53,290 nucleotides of DNA from a virus (taxonomy: Duplodnaviria > Caudoviricetes): the IMG/VR virus record IMGVR_UViG_3300033143_003883, positions 1 to 53,290 of that record. The stretch is one strand, 5' to 3'. Numbering within the stretch: the stretch's first letter is position 1; each line of letters starts with the position of its first letter. Both the position numbers and the translations under genes were made by a program. Below are positions 1-10,371 of the stretch, piece by piece. The notes beneath the pieces were generated by a model, which saw only the letters and a program-made list of their open reading frames with translations, searched no databases and was not told the origin of the DNA.

Positions 1-693
1 TGCTTTGCTATCTCTTTGTTTTCTTTGAATTTTCTCTATATATTTTTCTAGTTCTTTTCCATACTGATTTCCATCTGAATCTACTATCAACTTTTTGATT
101 CCTATATCTAAACCAAGGAATTTTTGAGATCTGATAGGCTTTATTTCTCTTTCAAAGAAAATATTTATGTAAAGATTTCCATTATATTCAGATAATCTAA
201 CTGATTGTTTTTGTTTCCATTTTTTACAAGTTTTATATTTCAAGAAATGTTTATGAAACTTAACAGGACATAAAATTTTTAATTTGTTTCCTAAAGAACT
301 AAATTTTATAAAAGCATCAAATTCTAAGCTATTTGTTTGAATAAATTGAGCAAATCTTGAATTTGTTAATTCTATAGAAATATTTTTAAATTCTGGCATC
401 GTTTTTTTCTTTCTTTTTCTCTGAGATTTGACTATCTGAAATGCTTGTTTTCCGGCGCATCCTCGAATACTTGCAGAGGTCCAGATCCATTTTTTTGCTT
501 GAATTCTAATATCTTTGGGAATAAAAGCTCCTGTAAATATTTGCTTTTTCCAAAGTTTTTCTATATAAAAATTTATAAGTTTTTTATATTCTTCCATAAA
601 AATTTTAAGATCATACAGCTTTTCAGTATTAGAATCTTTTAAAATTAACTTAGATGTTCTTATAATATTATTATTTTTATTTAGCTTTTTCAT
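1..693 (-). CDS. tnpB: TnpB-like RNA-guided nuclease (IS200/IS605/IS607 accessory family), 5' part; runs off the window edge
   Basis: Not in the ORF track. Manual translation of the minus strand from ATG at 693 is open to base 1: MKKLNKNNNIIRTSKLILK...LYINIFFE...FLGLDIGIKKLIVDSDGNQYG...KIQRKQRDSKA. This has a RuvC-I motif (GLDIG) followed by a basic bridge helix. Confidence 0.8.
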   Translation of the reverse strand, partial: MKKLNKNNNIIRTSKLILKDSNTEKLYDLKIFMEEYKKLINFYIEKLWKKQIFTGAFIPKDIRIQAKKWIWTSASIRGCAGKQAFQIVKSQRKRKKKTMPEFKNISIELTNSRFAQFIQTNSLEFDAFIKFSSLGNKLKILCPVKFHKHFLKYKTCKKWKQKQSVRLSEYNGNLYINIFFEREIKPIRSQKFLGLDIGIKKLIVDSDGNQYGKELEKYIEKIQRKQRDSKA

Positions 694-735
694 TTTTTAA
701 ATTTTAACATAATCTGAAAGTTTTATCTTAATAAG

Positions 736-769
736 AATAAAATATTAATTGAATATTAACATTTTTATA
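736..769 (-). promoter_or_regulatory. Copy of conserved motif AAAAATGTTAA-N1-2-ATTYAATTAATATTTTATT upstream of tnpB
   Basis: Reverse complement reads TATAAAAATGTTAATATTCAATTAATATTTTATT, near-identical to the copies at 1228-1269 and 53211-53251. Confidence 0.55.
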
Positions 770-786
770 AAAGGAAGAATATTTTT

Positions 787-1176
787 ATGCCAAAATATAG
801 TAAAGATTCATTGTCTAAATTACAAACATGCAACAAAGATATTCAAAAGATTATGACTGAAGTAATTAAATATTTTGATGTTAAAATTATTTATGGATAT
901 AGAGGAAAAGAAATTCAGAATAAATTATATCCCAAATATAGTAAAGTACAATTTCCTAATTCAAAACATAATAAAAAGCCATCTTTGGCAATAGATGTAG
1001 CTCCTTATCCAATAGACTGGAATGACACAAAAAGATTTATATATCTTGCAGGATTTATTATGGGCGTCGCAAAAATAATGAAAATCAATTTAAGATGGGG
1101 TGGAGATTGGGATAAAGATACTGAATTAAAAAATAATAAATTTAATGATTTAGGTCATTTTGAACTTTTAATATAA
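787..1176 (+). CDS. Peptidase M15 family endolysin (L-Ala-D-Glu peptidase, T5-lysin-like)
   Basis: GYR..Q, SKH......AID (Zn ligands), RWGGDW and D.GHFEL motifs. Confidence 0.85.
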   Translation: MPKYSKDSLSKLQTCNKDIQKIMTEVIKYFDVKIIYGYRGKEIQNKLYPKYSKVQFPNSKHNKKPSLAIDVAPYPIDWNDTKRFIYLAGFIMGVAKIMKINLRWGGDWDKDTELKNNKFNDLGHFELLI

Positions 1177-1227
1177 GAGATGAATTATTAAAAATAATGA
1201 GATAATAGAACGAAAAAATAAAATTGA

Positions 1228-1269
1228 TCTAGAAAAATGTTAACTATTTAATTAATATTTTATTTAAAT
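1228..1269 (+). promoter_or_regulatory. Conserved ~41-bp intergenic motif, candidate phage-specific (late) promoter
   Basis: TCTAGAAAAATGTTAACTATTTAATTAATATTTTATTTAAAT differs from 53211-53251 by one substitution and one indel. Confidence 0.55.
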
Positions 1270-1317
1270 CAAAGATTAAATTAATTGGACAAATTTTAAG
1301 AAAGGAGATTAGCTATT

Positions 1318-1521
1318 ATGGATAAAATCGAAATAAAATTAGAGAATGGCAAGCAATATGTTTTATCAGAAGTTTTAGAAAAATTGGCTAATAAAAAACG
1401 CTGGGATTATCATTCTAAATTAATTGAACAAGTAATGTTATATGCAGTAACTAAAAAAGATGAAGCATTAGGATGTTTGCAAAATATTTTAAATGATTTA
1501 TCTTCACAAAATCTTATCTAG
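1318..1521 (+). CDS. Hypothetical protein
   Basis: ORF with AAGGAG RBS. The internal LSEVLEKLANK weakly resembles the MLS-KIA leader. Confidence 0.7.
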   Translation: MDKIEIKLENGKQYVLSEVLEKLANKKRWDYHSKLIEQVMLYAVTKKDEALGCLQNILNDLSSQNLI

Positions 1522-1539
1522 AAAAAGGAGTAAATTTTT

Positions 1540-1965
1540 ATGTCTGCGCAAAATATAATTTTAAATTTTGATCAAGAATCTGTTCAATCTGTACAAAATT
1601 TTTTGCAATTTTTAAAATCATATTATAATATTAATGATGCTGGTGAATTAGCTGATTTTATGCGAGATAACGGAATCAATGGTAAAAGAATAATAAATAA
1701 AATTAAACAAAAATATAATCTATATAATTTTAGCGAATTATGGAAATTTAAAAAAGAATTTAAAGAAAAATATACATCGACATATATAAAAATGGCAGAA
1801 GATATTGGATATAATAAAATTGATGAATTAAAACAGCATCTTCCATATTTTTTTGATAATTTTGTATATGATCTAATATTACCATATATTGATTGTGCTG
1901 ATGCTGGTTGGGCAAATATGAATTACGATCCAATTTATCAAAAAGAAGAATTTGCTTGGAATTAA
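1540..1965 (+). CDS. Hypothetical protein
   Basis: ORF with AAGGAG RBS; no recognisable motif. Confidence 0.75.
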   Translation: MSAQNIILNFDQESVQSVQNFLQFLKSYYNINDAGELADFMRDNGINGKRIINKIKQKYNLYNFSELWKFKKEFKEKYTSTYIKMAEDIGYNKIDELKQHLPYFFDNFVYDLILPYIDCADAGWANMNYDPIYQKEEFAWN

Positions 1966-2007
1966 AAAATATAATTTTTAATTAAATAAATATATATTCA
2001 ACAAGTT

Positions 2008-2046
2008 AAGCCTTTGTGATTAATTTCATAAAGGCTTTTTTATTTT
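2008..2046 (+). terminator. Rho-independent terminator
   Basis: AAGCCTTTGTGA / TCATAAAGGCTT stem followed by a T-tract. Confidence 0.75.
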
Positions 2047-2166
2047 TAAATAGTTAATTAATTTTTTTTAGGATTAAAGACACATTTATATTCTTGAGGT
2101 TTGTCTATTGACATCACTTCTAAATTAAAAAAACATAATGTTAATAATTAGATAGGAGGTATTAAA

Positions 2167-4917
2167 ATGCCAGGACCTTTCACAAGTTATGCTCAACCAG
2201 GAGTATATACCAGAACTCTTCTTGGTGCCGAAACTGCTTCTTTGCCAGGTGGTGTTCGATTTCCTGTATTTATTGGTGTAGGCTCTGAAACTATACCAGA
2301 AGAAATTGAAATGATAAGAGGATCTTCAGCCACAGTTGATAATAAAAAAGATAAAGAAGATGTTTCTTCTCAATTTACTGGAACTGAACGTTTTTGTATG
2401 GTTTCAACATTTCCTATGGTTACTGGAAATGGAACAGGAACAACTACTAATAATCCTAGAGACGTAATAGTAGAAATTAATAATAAATCTATTGGTGCTG
2501 CTCTTGTACAAGGAGATATTGGAAAAATAACTTTGGATGTTATTCCATTAGCAACTGATGATGTTAAAGTTACTTATTATTATAATAAGACTGATACTTT
2601 AACAACTGATGATGTTTCGGATCAAGCTGATGGAACAAATAAAGAATTTATAATATTTAACAGACCAATAGTTGATGGAACAAATGGTGGAATAATTACC
2701 ACTAATATTGCTAAAGTTACTGCAAAAGTAGATAGTGTAGAAGTTACTATAACTGACGTTAATGGAACAAATGGTGCTGTTACATTAGATTCTGCTCCTG
2801 CTGGTGGAACTACTGTTGAAATTACTTATTATTATAATCAGTATCCTAATACTTCAGATGAACTACCAGTACAAGATGTCGCAACTATTCAAACTTGCGG
2901 TTATGTAGCTGGAAAACCTAATTATATTGAAGGTACAGATTTTGTATTGAAAGATGATTCAATACATTGGGGTGCCACATTTATTACACAAGCTGGTGAC
3001 ATTCATACACCTGGAGTTGAATATTTTGATGATACTCAAATAACTCCATTGCTTGTTGATAATAAAATATATTCTGAAGAAGCTCAAGGTACTATTGATG
3101 GAACAAATGATGAATTTACAGTACAATATAATATGACTGATGGAAGCGGAAGAGATAAAGAAACTGGAGATATTAGTAAAATAAAAGTTTATGTTGGAAC
3201 AAGTCTGACAGCTGCCAGAACTGCTGGAGAAGTAGAAGTTAAAACAGTATACGGAAATGATAAAAAAATAATTCTTAAATCTGCTCCTGCTATTGGAAGA
3301 AAAGTTTATGTTGACTATTATCATAATATGCTTGGTGATGATTTATTTACTTTAAGTGTATTAGTTGCTGGAGTTGCTGGAGTTGGAACTTATGGAGTTG
3401 TAAGTAGAGATAATGGAACATTATCAAATGCTATTGAAGGAACTCACAATGTTGCCGATCCAGATTTTGCCACTGAGGGAATTACATGGCCAAATAGTTT
3501 TTCAGATCTTCAAACTATTCCAGGATATTCAATTAGTGAAACTATTACAATAACTTTTACAAGTGCAACTGAATATACTGTAACATCTGATCAAGTAGCT
3601 GGCAGTAGTGGTTCTGGAGAATTAGACAAAACATACATTGATGCTGTAACTGGAGTTAGATTCACAATAATGACTGGCTCTGCTGTTATTTATGCTATTG
3701 CTGATGAATTAAAATTTGTAGTAACTCAAGGTGCTACATTCACAACTGGAACAAGTCCTGTTATAGATGTTCCTGGATTAAGAGTAACAGTTGCTAATAC
3801 TGCAAGTATAGGCATTGGAGATACTGCTTATATTTATACTTATGATAAAGCTGGACAAGAACCAGATATTGGTGATTTCTATTATGTAAATTTAGAAAGA
3901 AATAAACAAGCTGAAGATTACGAAACTAAACTTTACACTAATATGAAAGAACTTATTGAAAATCATGGTGAACTCAATACAAGTAATAAAGTTGTTTTAG
4001 CTGCACATTTAGCATTTTTAAATGGTGCTGTTTTAGTAGCCATTAAACAATTAGTAAGAGAAGCTGATGAAGTTGATGCTGCTAGTCAAACTTATATGGA
4101 TGCTATTAAAACTTTAGAAAAACCAATTGCAGGAACATTTAAACCAAGTTATTTAGAGCCTGTTACAACTGATGAAACAGTTCTTGAAGTTGCGAAGAAA
4201 CATTGTGAAGTTATGAGTTCTATTAGATATAGAGGCGAAAGACAATGTATTTTTGGATTTCCAATTGGAACTGAACCAGAAGAAATGAAACGTAAAGCAC
4301 AAACATATAATTCTGAAAATATGGTATGCATATATCCTGATAGTGCTATAATTGGTTTGGTAGATGAATATGGTGATGAAGTTGAATATGTAGTAGATGG
4401 TTCAATAGTAGCTGCTGCTTATGTAGGATTAAATGTTAGTTTAGCATATGATGTTGCAACACCTATGACAAGAAAATATATAGTTGGATTTAAGAGACTT
4501 GGAAGATATGAAGATGAAATAACTCTTAATGAAATTACAACTGGTGGTGTTACAATAATTGAAGATTTTGATCCAAATATGAGAATTAGACATGCTGTAA
4601 CAACAAATATGAGTAATGTATTAACAAGAGAAGATAATGTTACTAAAATAAGACATTATGTACAAATAGCAACCAGAGGTGCTTTAGATAGATTTATTGG
4701 AGAAAAATATCTTGATCAATTAAATGGACAAGTTGAAGATGCTCTAGCTGCTTTATTTAATGCATTAAAAGAAGCTGAAATAATTAGTCAAGTTGGTAGT
4801 ATTAGTACTAGCACTGATGAAAGTGATCCTACTATAATGAGAGTTGAAGCTACATATAGACCGGTATTTGGTTTGAATTGGATAGTTGTTACATATACTT
4901 TAAGATCAAAATTATAA
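2167..4917 (+). CDS. Contractile tail sheath protein with inserted Ig-like repeat domains
   Basis: N-terminal Y..PGVY motif; C-terminal DPT.MRVEATYRPVFGLNWIVVTY sheath-like end; GGAGG RBS; precedes the tube gene. Confidence 0.88.
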   Translation: MPGPFTSYAQPGVYTRTLLGAETASLPGGVRFPVFIGVGSETIPEEIEMIRGSSATVDNKKDKEDVSSQFTGTERFCMVSTFPMVTGNGTGTTTNNPRDVIVEINNKSIGAALVQGDIGKITLDVIPLATDDVKVTYYYNKTDTLTTDDVSDQADGTNKEFIIFNRPIVDGTNGGIITTNIAKVTAKVDSVEVTITDVNGTNGAVTLDSAPAGGTTVEITYYYNQYPNTSDELPVQDVATIQTCGYVAGKPNYIEGTDFVLKDDSIHWGATFITQAGDIHTPGVEYFDDTQITPLLVDNKIYSEEAQGTIDGTNDEFTVQYNMTDGSGRDKETGDISKIKVYVGTSLTAARTAGEVEVKTVYGNDKKIILKSAPAIGRKVYVDYYHNMLGDDLFTLSVLVAGVAGVGTYGVVSRDNGTLSNAIEGTHNVADPDFATEGITWPNSFSDLQTIPGYSISETITITFTSATEYTVTSDQVAGSSGSGELDKTYIDAVTGVRFTIMTGSAVIYAIADELKFVVTQGATFTTGTSPVIDVPGLRVTVANTASIGIGDTAYIYTYDKAGQEPDIGDFYYVNLERNKQAEDYETKLYTNMKELIENHGELNTSNKVVLAAHLAFLNGAVLVAIKQLVREADEVDAASQTYMDAIKTLEKPIAGTFKPSYLEPVTTDETVLEVAKKHCEVMSSIRYRGERQCIFGFPIGTEPEEMKRKAQTYNSENMVCIYPDSAIIGLVDEYGDEVEYVVDGSIVAAAYVGLNVSLAYDVATPMTRKYIVGFKRLGRYEDEITLNEITTGGVTIIEDFDPNMRIRHAVTTNMSNVLTREDNVTKIRHYVQIATRGALDRFIGEKYLDQLNGQVEDALAALFNALKEAEIISQVGSISTSTDESDPTIMRVEATYRPVFGLNWIVVTYTLRSKL

Positions 4918-4930
4918 AATTTAAAAATTA

Positions 4931-4964
4931 ATCCTGCCTTTCAAATTAGTGTGAAAGGCAGGAT
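4931..4964 (+). promoter_or_regulatory. 13-bp perfect stem-loop between sheath and tube genes (mRNA stability/processing or weak terminator)
   Basis: ATCCTGCCTTTCA ... TGAAAGGCAGGAT; no downstream U-tract. Confidence 0.6.
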
Positions 4965-5003
4965 AATGTTATAAAAAATAATTTCTTAAAAGGAGGGAAT
5001 TAA

Positions 5004-5687
5004 ATGCCAGAAAAAAGTTATATATATAGAGAAGGCGTTTCTCCTAACACTCAATCTGTTGTATCAAGTAAAAATAGAATTTTTGCAAGATCATCTGGTA
5101 GTGGAAACACTATGCAACAAGTTGGTGTTATTTCAACGTTTGATCCTTCTCAAAGTAGAGCTGTTGAGGCTGTACGTGGTATAGGTTTTGGCGATCAAAT
5201 CGCAGAACTTGTTCCAGGTGTTATGGATGTTCCTACATTAAGCGTAACACGAACAGCAATGTATTTATCTAATATATTTCAAGCATTCGGATATAATGCT
5301 GGTGTTGACGGTGTTATAAGAAGCTTAAAAGATCATACTTGGCCATTTGATGTCAGACAGGAATTAGTTGTGTCTGGTGTTGTTAAAAATGATGGTCCTG
5401 GATTAAGTGTATCTTTTGGAAAGGCTTTAAATCTTAATGTTGGTGGCGGTAGTGCTGGTGGAAAAGCTATCGTAACTTATTATGAAGCATGTTGGATAAC
5501 AGACTATAGTACAAGTTATGCTGCCGATGCTGCATTAGTAGCAGAAACAGTTACTATTTCTGTAAGTGATATATTAGGCGATCTTAAGAGTGAAGCTGCG
5601 AGTGGTTTTGATTTTAAACTTGGATTGGGCGGTAATATATCTGCATCAGTAAGATTTGGAAACCTTTCTATTAGTGGTTCCGTATAA
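5004..5687 (+). CDS. Tail tube protein
   Basis: Directly after the sheath; beta-rich, with the VRGIG, L.D..WPFD and YEACWITDYS...VAETVTI pattern typical of tube proteins. Confidence 0.8.
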   Translation: MPEKSYIYREGVSPNTQSVVSSKNRIFARSSGSGNTMQQVGVISTFDPSQSRAVEAVRGIGFGDQIAELVPGVMDVPTLSVTRTAMYLSNIFQAFGYNAGVDGVIRSLKDHTWPFDVRQELVVSGVVKNDGPGLSVSFGKALNLNVGGGSAGGKAIVTYYEACWITDYSTSYAADAALVAETVTISVSDILGDLKSEAASGFDFKLGLGGNISASVRFGNLSISGSV

Positions 5688-5751
5688 CATGGAATTTAAT
5701 TCCTAAATTAATTTAAATATTTTGTACAAAGTATTTGCATTCGATATATTA

Positions 5752-5786
5752 AAGGCCCTGTAATATAATTATAGGGTCTTTTTTTT
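5752..5786 (+). terminator. Rho-independent terminator
   Basis: AAGGCCCTGTAAT / ATTATAGGGTCTT stem followed by a T-tract. Confidence 0.8.
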
Positions 5787-5815
5787 ATTACATTTTTAAT
5801 TTTTTCTGATATAAT
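5787..5815 (+). promoter_or_regulatory. Sigma70-type promoter (extended -10)
   Basis: ATTACA-17 nt-TATAAT, with TG at the extended -10 position. Confidence 0.55.
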
Positions 5816-5859
5816 ATATATGTATAAATATTTTTAAATTTTAAAAAGGAGGCATATTA

Positions 5860-6306
5860 ATGTCAGATATTAATATTATCAAAGAATTAGAAAGTTTAAA
5901 GGAATTAGGTATAATAGAAACTAAAGTTTTTAAACTTGGAAAATTAAAAATTAAATTAAAAAGTGTAGACGCAGAAAGTGAAATTATAATTCATCAAAAA
6001 GCAGCAATTAAAGGTACGACTGATTTTGGCTTTGTACAAGAGGCTAAATTTTGGACAATTGCATATTCAATGTGTGAAATAAATAAAAAAAATATTGATC
6101 CAAAACAAGAAATAACCTATGATGATGGAAATAAAAGTGTATTAGCAGAAGAATTATATAGAATGGTTAAAACATGGGATGCAAACATTGTGGATTATTG
6201 TTTTGTTAAATATGGGGATTTGGTCAATAAATCTAAAAAAGAATTAGAAGAAAAAATAAAAGACTATAATGAAGAAATAAATAAAAATTCTAATGATACT
6301 AAATAA
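5860..6306 (+). CDS. Probable tail assembly chaperone
   Basis: Synteny between tube and tape measure; size; strong RBS. Confidence 0.55.
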   Translation: MSDINIIKELESLKELGIIETKVFKLGKLKIKLKSVDAESEIIIHQKAAIKGTTDFGFVQEAKFWTIAYSMCEINKKNIDPKQEITYDDGNKSVLAEELYRMVKTWDANIVDYCFVKYGDLVNKSKKELEEKIKDYNEEINKNSNDTK

Positions 6307-7282
6307 AGATCAAATAGTTTTAAAAGAAATTGATATTAATAATATTGAACAACTTTTAACTGTTGGATTTTTAACACTTCCAATTGATATTGATGGTATA
6401 TCTTTTATTTTTAAAACTATTAGTCCGTCAGAATTATTTTTAATAAAAAATAATAGTTTATTACAGGGGAAATTAAATAATATTAAATTTATAATTAATT
6501 ATATAATTTATAGTATTTTTCTCGTAGAAGGATTTAATATTTTATTATATAGAGAGCAGTGTTTTGCTAATACTTTTAATATTATTAAAACATGGAATGG
6601 TAGATCAATTATTTTATTATATGACAAATTAATAAAATTAGGTAATAAAGTTAGTAATCTACAAAAAAAGGTTCCAGAATTTAATAAATCTGATAAATCT
6701 AAATATTATTGGAGTTTTTATAAAAATTCAAATAATTGTTTAAATGATTCAAAAAATACTGGAATAGAAGGTACTGATAAATTAGGATTAAATTATATAC
6801 AAAAATCTTGGATTGTTTTAAATTCCTTTGATGATAAAATTCGATCAAGAAAATTTAAAAATGAAGAATTAGGAGTTATTTGGTCTTATGCTAAATTTAT
6901 AGCAGCTTGCTTTAATCCAAAAGCAGTGCGCAATGTTGAAGCACAAGAAAAAGTACAAAAACAGATTCAAAAACAAGAAGAACAAACAAAATCAGGCAAA
7001 ACTGGATTTATTAATAACAATCCAAATTTTGCTAGACCTCAAAATACTACTGAAAATTTAGTAGATGAACTTAAAGCATTGTCAAAAGGAAACAAAGATA
7101 AACATGATAATTTAATTAATGCATTATATAAAAGAAAACAATATATAAAAAAACATAAAAAACAAGAACTTGAAGAAAAACGCAAAAAATTAAATTTAGA
7201 TTTAGAGCAAGGAATAGATGGAGAAACTTCAATTATTGATTATAATCAAATTCAAAAACGTTTTCTTAAAGGTAAAAAATAA
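6293..7282 (+). CDS. Probable second tail assembly chaperone
   Basis: Synteny immediately before the tape measure; helical, charged C-terminus. Confidence 0.45.
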   Translation: MILNKDQIVLKEIDINNIEQLLTVGFLTLPIDIDGISFIFKTISPSELFLIKNNSLLQGKLNNIKFIINYIIYSIFLVEGFNILLYREQCFANTFNIIKTWNGRSIILLYDKLIKLGNKVSNLQKKVPEFNKSDKSKYYWSFYKNSNNCLNDSKNTGIEGTDKLGLNYIQKSWIVLNSFDDKIRSRKFKNEELGVIWSYAKFIAACFNPKAVRNVEAQEKVQKQIQKQEEQTKSGKTGFINNNPNFARPQNTTENLVDELKALSKGNKDKHDNLINALYKRKQYIKKHKKQELEEKRKKLNLDLEQGIDGETSIIDYNQIQKRFLKGKK

Positions 7283-9646
7283 ATGGCAACAGAAAAATTT
7301 GAACAAGAAATAGGTTATAAAATAACTGGCGCAGAAACTACCAAAAAACAAGCTGGAGAAATTAAACAAGCTGTAGAAGATTTACATAAAATTGCAGGAG
7401 AAAGTGCTGGAGAATTAATCGGCAAAGAACAAGTTGAACATGTTAATGAAATTAAAGAAATATATGAAGATATTATTAAAGAAAAAAATAAATCTTTAAA
7501 AAAAGAATCTAAACAAATTAAAAAAAATGTCAAAGTAAGAATGACTGCTGCAAGAGTAGCAAACAAACAACTTGGCAAACCGATAAGAGGTGGTGCAGCA
7601 GGATTTTTGGAAACAGGAAAAGCAAAAGCTGGTGGTGTAAAAGGTGCATTTAAAGGAATTGGTGGATCGCTTAAAGGAATGGCCAAAATGGGTGGAAAAA
7701 TGACCAAAGTTATGGGATCTTTAAGCGGAGTCATGAGCGCAATAGGCATTTCTTTAGGTGCATTATCAAGCATCGGAGCATTTGTTGCTTTATTAGTTGC
7801 TGCTGATAAACATGTTAAAGAAATGAATACATCTATATTAAATACTGTTGCCAATACTGGTGAATTAAATGCTGTATTTGGTGATGTTCCTGATATTGAA
7901 CCAGAATTTAATATTAAAAATATAAGACATTCAATGAATAATTTATTTGAAGATTATAGAGTTGGTCAGCAAGATGCTCTTGATTCTTTAAAAGCTTTTG
8001 GAGATCAGGGCATTGAAGTTAAATCTATATTAGGAAATACAATAAAAGAAACAAAACGTTTTAAAAGAGAAGGAGAATATACTTTAGAAGGAATACAAAC
8101 TGCCACAGTATTTGCTCATCAATTAGGAAAAGATACTGCCACTACTGCTGGAATGATGGCTGAATGGTCTGCCACATTAGGTATATCAGTCTCAAGTTTA
8201 AAAGGAGATTTTACTAAATTAACTAAAGATGCTAAAACTTCTGGTTTGGGCGTTAATAGATTTTTTGCTGCTGTTCAAAATGCAAGTTCTGGTTTAGAAA
8301 TGTATGGTATTAGAACTACTGAAGTTTCGGATACATTAAATAAATTAGGACAAGTTGGAACTGGAAGTATGGAAGGTACAACTGAAGCTACAAAAAGTTT
8401 AATTGGTGCGATGAGTAAAGTAACAAAAGAAACTGCTGCTTATTTTGCTAGTAGTTCTAGAGGAAGAAAACAAATAACAGGTGCAATACAAAATGAACTT
8501 AAAACATCAGATAAAAGATTAAAAGGTTTAACTGGCAATATTAGCTTGCAAAAAGTTATGACAATGACCGCAGAAGAACAAAATGAAGCTTTTAAAGGTA
8601 ATGCTAAGGAAGTTAGAATGATTGCTTTTAGAATGAAAGAATTACAAAGCAGCATGAAAGGAATCGAAGCTGGAAAAGTTTTAGAGGTTCAAAGAGCAAT
8701 GAAAAGATTAGGGCCTGGTGAATTAATGAAAATATATGTTGAACAATCTGCAAAAGCATTAGGTAAATCACCTGCTACTTTTAAATTTACAGATTTAACC
8801 AGTGAAGAATTATTAATTTTAGAACAAACTTTAGGACTTTCAACTGAAAATTTAGAAGAAATGAAAAGAGTAGCATTTGGAATCGAAAGTGGTAATTCTA
8901 GTACTTTAGAAGGATTAAATAAATTAGATGATACTAATAAAGAAAATTTAAAAAACATGTATGATACAATGGACAAGCAGGCTAAAAAAGCTGCTAAAGC
9001 CAAAACACCTATGACAGCTATTATTGGAGAAATAACAAATTCTATTTTAACTAATTTGTTTGATTTAAGTAGTTGGGCATTTAATAAATTAGTTAGAGGA
9101 TTTGGTCATTTATTAATTGGTATAGGTAAAATTCCAGGAATTTCTAACTCAATATCAGATTTTGGCCAAACATTACTTGATTTCTCAACTCAGCAAGAAA
9201 AAGAAGAATTGGGTGATAAAATGGATAATATTGCTGATGGATTAGATGATTTAGGACCAGAGACAACTGATCAAACTAAAGAATTATCTAATCAATTAAA
9301 ACGTTTGCAAGATAATTTAAAAGCTGGTATTGATGTTGAGCAAACAAAAAAAGAAATAGGAACTGCTTTGCAGCGAACAGGTGGTTTGTCAGAAGATGTA
9401 TTTGAACAGATGCCAGAATTAAAAGCAATGTTTAAAAAGCATAATATAAGTACAAGTGGAATTACTTCACCAGCTGCAAGTGCTACCAGTAATGTAAGCA
9501 ATAATCCACAAAATACTAATAATATTGGTGGTAGTACTACTAATAATTATAATACTACTGTTAAAGTGAATGGTGGAGATCCAAAAAAACTAGAAGAAGT
9601 AGTTGAAAAAGTAATATATAAAAAAGAATTAAGAGATAAGGTATAA
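7283..9646 (+). CDS. Tape measure protein
   Basis: Long helical Ala/Gly/Lys-rich protein with a hydrophobic segment (MSAIGISLGALSSIGAFVALLVAA); N/T-rich C-terminus; synteny. Confidence 0.8.
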   Translation: MATEKFEQEIGYKITGAETTKKQAGEIKQAVEDLHKIAGESAGELIGKEQVEHVNEIKEIYEDIIKEKNKSLKKESKQIKKNVKVRMTAARVANKQLGKPIRGGAAGFLETGKAKAGGVKGAFKGIGGSLKGMAKMGGKMTKVMGSLSGVMSAIGISLGALSSIGAFVALLVAADKHVKEMNTSILNTVANTGELNAVFGDVPDIEPEFNIKNIRHSMNNLFEDYRVGQQDALDSLKAFGDQGIEVKSILGNTIKETKRFKREGEYTLEGIQTATVFAHQLGKDTATTAGMMAEWSATLGISVSSLKGDFTKLTKDAKTSGLGVNRFFAAVQNASSGLEMYGIRTTEVSDTLNKLGQVGTGSMEGTTEATKSLIGAMSKVTKETAAYFASSSRGRKQITGAIQNELKTSDKRLKGLTGNISLQKVMTMTAEEQNEAFKGNAKEVRMIAFRMKELQSSMKGIEAGKVLEVQRAMKRLGPGELMKIYVEQSAKALGKSPATFKFTDLTSEELLILEQTLGLSTENLEEMKRVAFGIESGNSSTLEGLNKLDDTNKENLKNMYDTMDKQAKKAAKAKTPMTAIIGEITNSILTNLFDLSSWAFNKLVRGFGHLLIGIGKIPGISNSISDFGQTLLDFSTQQEKEELGDKMDNIADGLDDLGPETTDQTKELSNQLKRLQDNLKAGIDVEQTKKEIGTALQRTGGLSEDVFEQMPELKAMFKKHNISTSGITSPAASATSNVSNNPQNTNNIGGSTTNNYNTTVKVNGGDPKKLEEVVEKVIYKKELRDKV

Positions 9647-9651
9647 AATAA

Positions 9652-10371
9652 ATGCCAAAAGAATTTAAAAAAGACAATCTTATCATATTTGCTATAGATA
9701 CGACAAATATAAATAGTGCAATAACACTTCCACCACTTAAAGTTAATTGTAATCCAAAAGCTATGGCAACTGCTTTTGCAAAAATAGTTAATGAAACACA
9801 AACTAAAGCTGGCTGGGTTGAAGAACATTGGGGAGAAGAATTAGGATCAATTTCTGCAAGTAATACTACTGGAGGATTTTTTGATACAGATGTTTTTCCT
9901 AGTAAAGGTGAAGAAGCAAAAAAAATGCAAGGTAACAAAGGTTTTTTTGCCGGAGTTAAAACAGGAATACAAAAAGTTAGTGAATTTGCTGAAATTGCTG
10001 CCCAGGCTGCTGAAGGAAATATATCTATTGGTCTAAAATCATTAGGCATTGGAAATTTAGGAACACCAAAAACTAAAGAAAAACCAAGACTTGTATCAAA
10101 TGATATTTTAAGTTTACAAACTTTTGAAACTAGACGATTTTCTCCAGCTTATTTAAGATTTCAACAATATATAGAATTATTCATGAATAATGCATGTTTT
10201 TATGGAGAAGATGGCGTTCCATATGAAATAGGTACTATTTTAGTGTATTATGCAAATATATTATACGAAGGACACTTTGAAAATTTTATAATTAATGAAG
10301 AAGATGAAATGCCATATAATTTTAATTTTGATTGGACTTTTAAAATAGATAAAACTATTATACAATTATAA
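9652..10371 (+). CDS. Tube-initiator / baseplate tube-fold protein (paralog 1)
   Basis: NP..M.....K......T..GW....G.E and G.F..F...E.E..P..F.F.W.F motifs, shared with the next ORF; position after the tape measure. Confidence 0.6.
   Translation: MPKEFKKDNLIIFAIDTTNINSAITLPPLKVNCNPKAMATAFAKIVNETQTKAGWVEEHWGEELGSISASNTTGGFFDTDVFPSKGEEAKKMQGNKGFFAGVKTGIQKVSEFAEIAAQAAEGNISIGLKSLGIGNLGTPKTKEKPRLVSNDILSLQTFETRRFSPAYLRFQQYIELFMNNACFYGEDGVPYEIGTILVYYANILYEGHFENFIINEEDEMPYNFNFDWTFKIDKTIIQL

Noticed and set aside
445-642. 65-aa + strand ORF
   Set aside because: Antisense shadow of the minus-strand tnpB.
1360-1400. LSEVLEKLANK in ORF 1318 as a leader-family member
   Set aside because: Internal, divergent (KLA) and without the shared DNA core; too weak to count without an HMM.
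6270-6310. Programmed -1 frameshift between tail chaperones (lambda G/GT type)
   Set aside because: The second ORF is in the +1 frame with its own ATG, and no clear slippery heptamer was seen.
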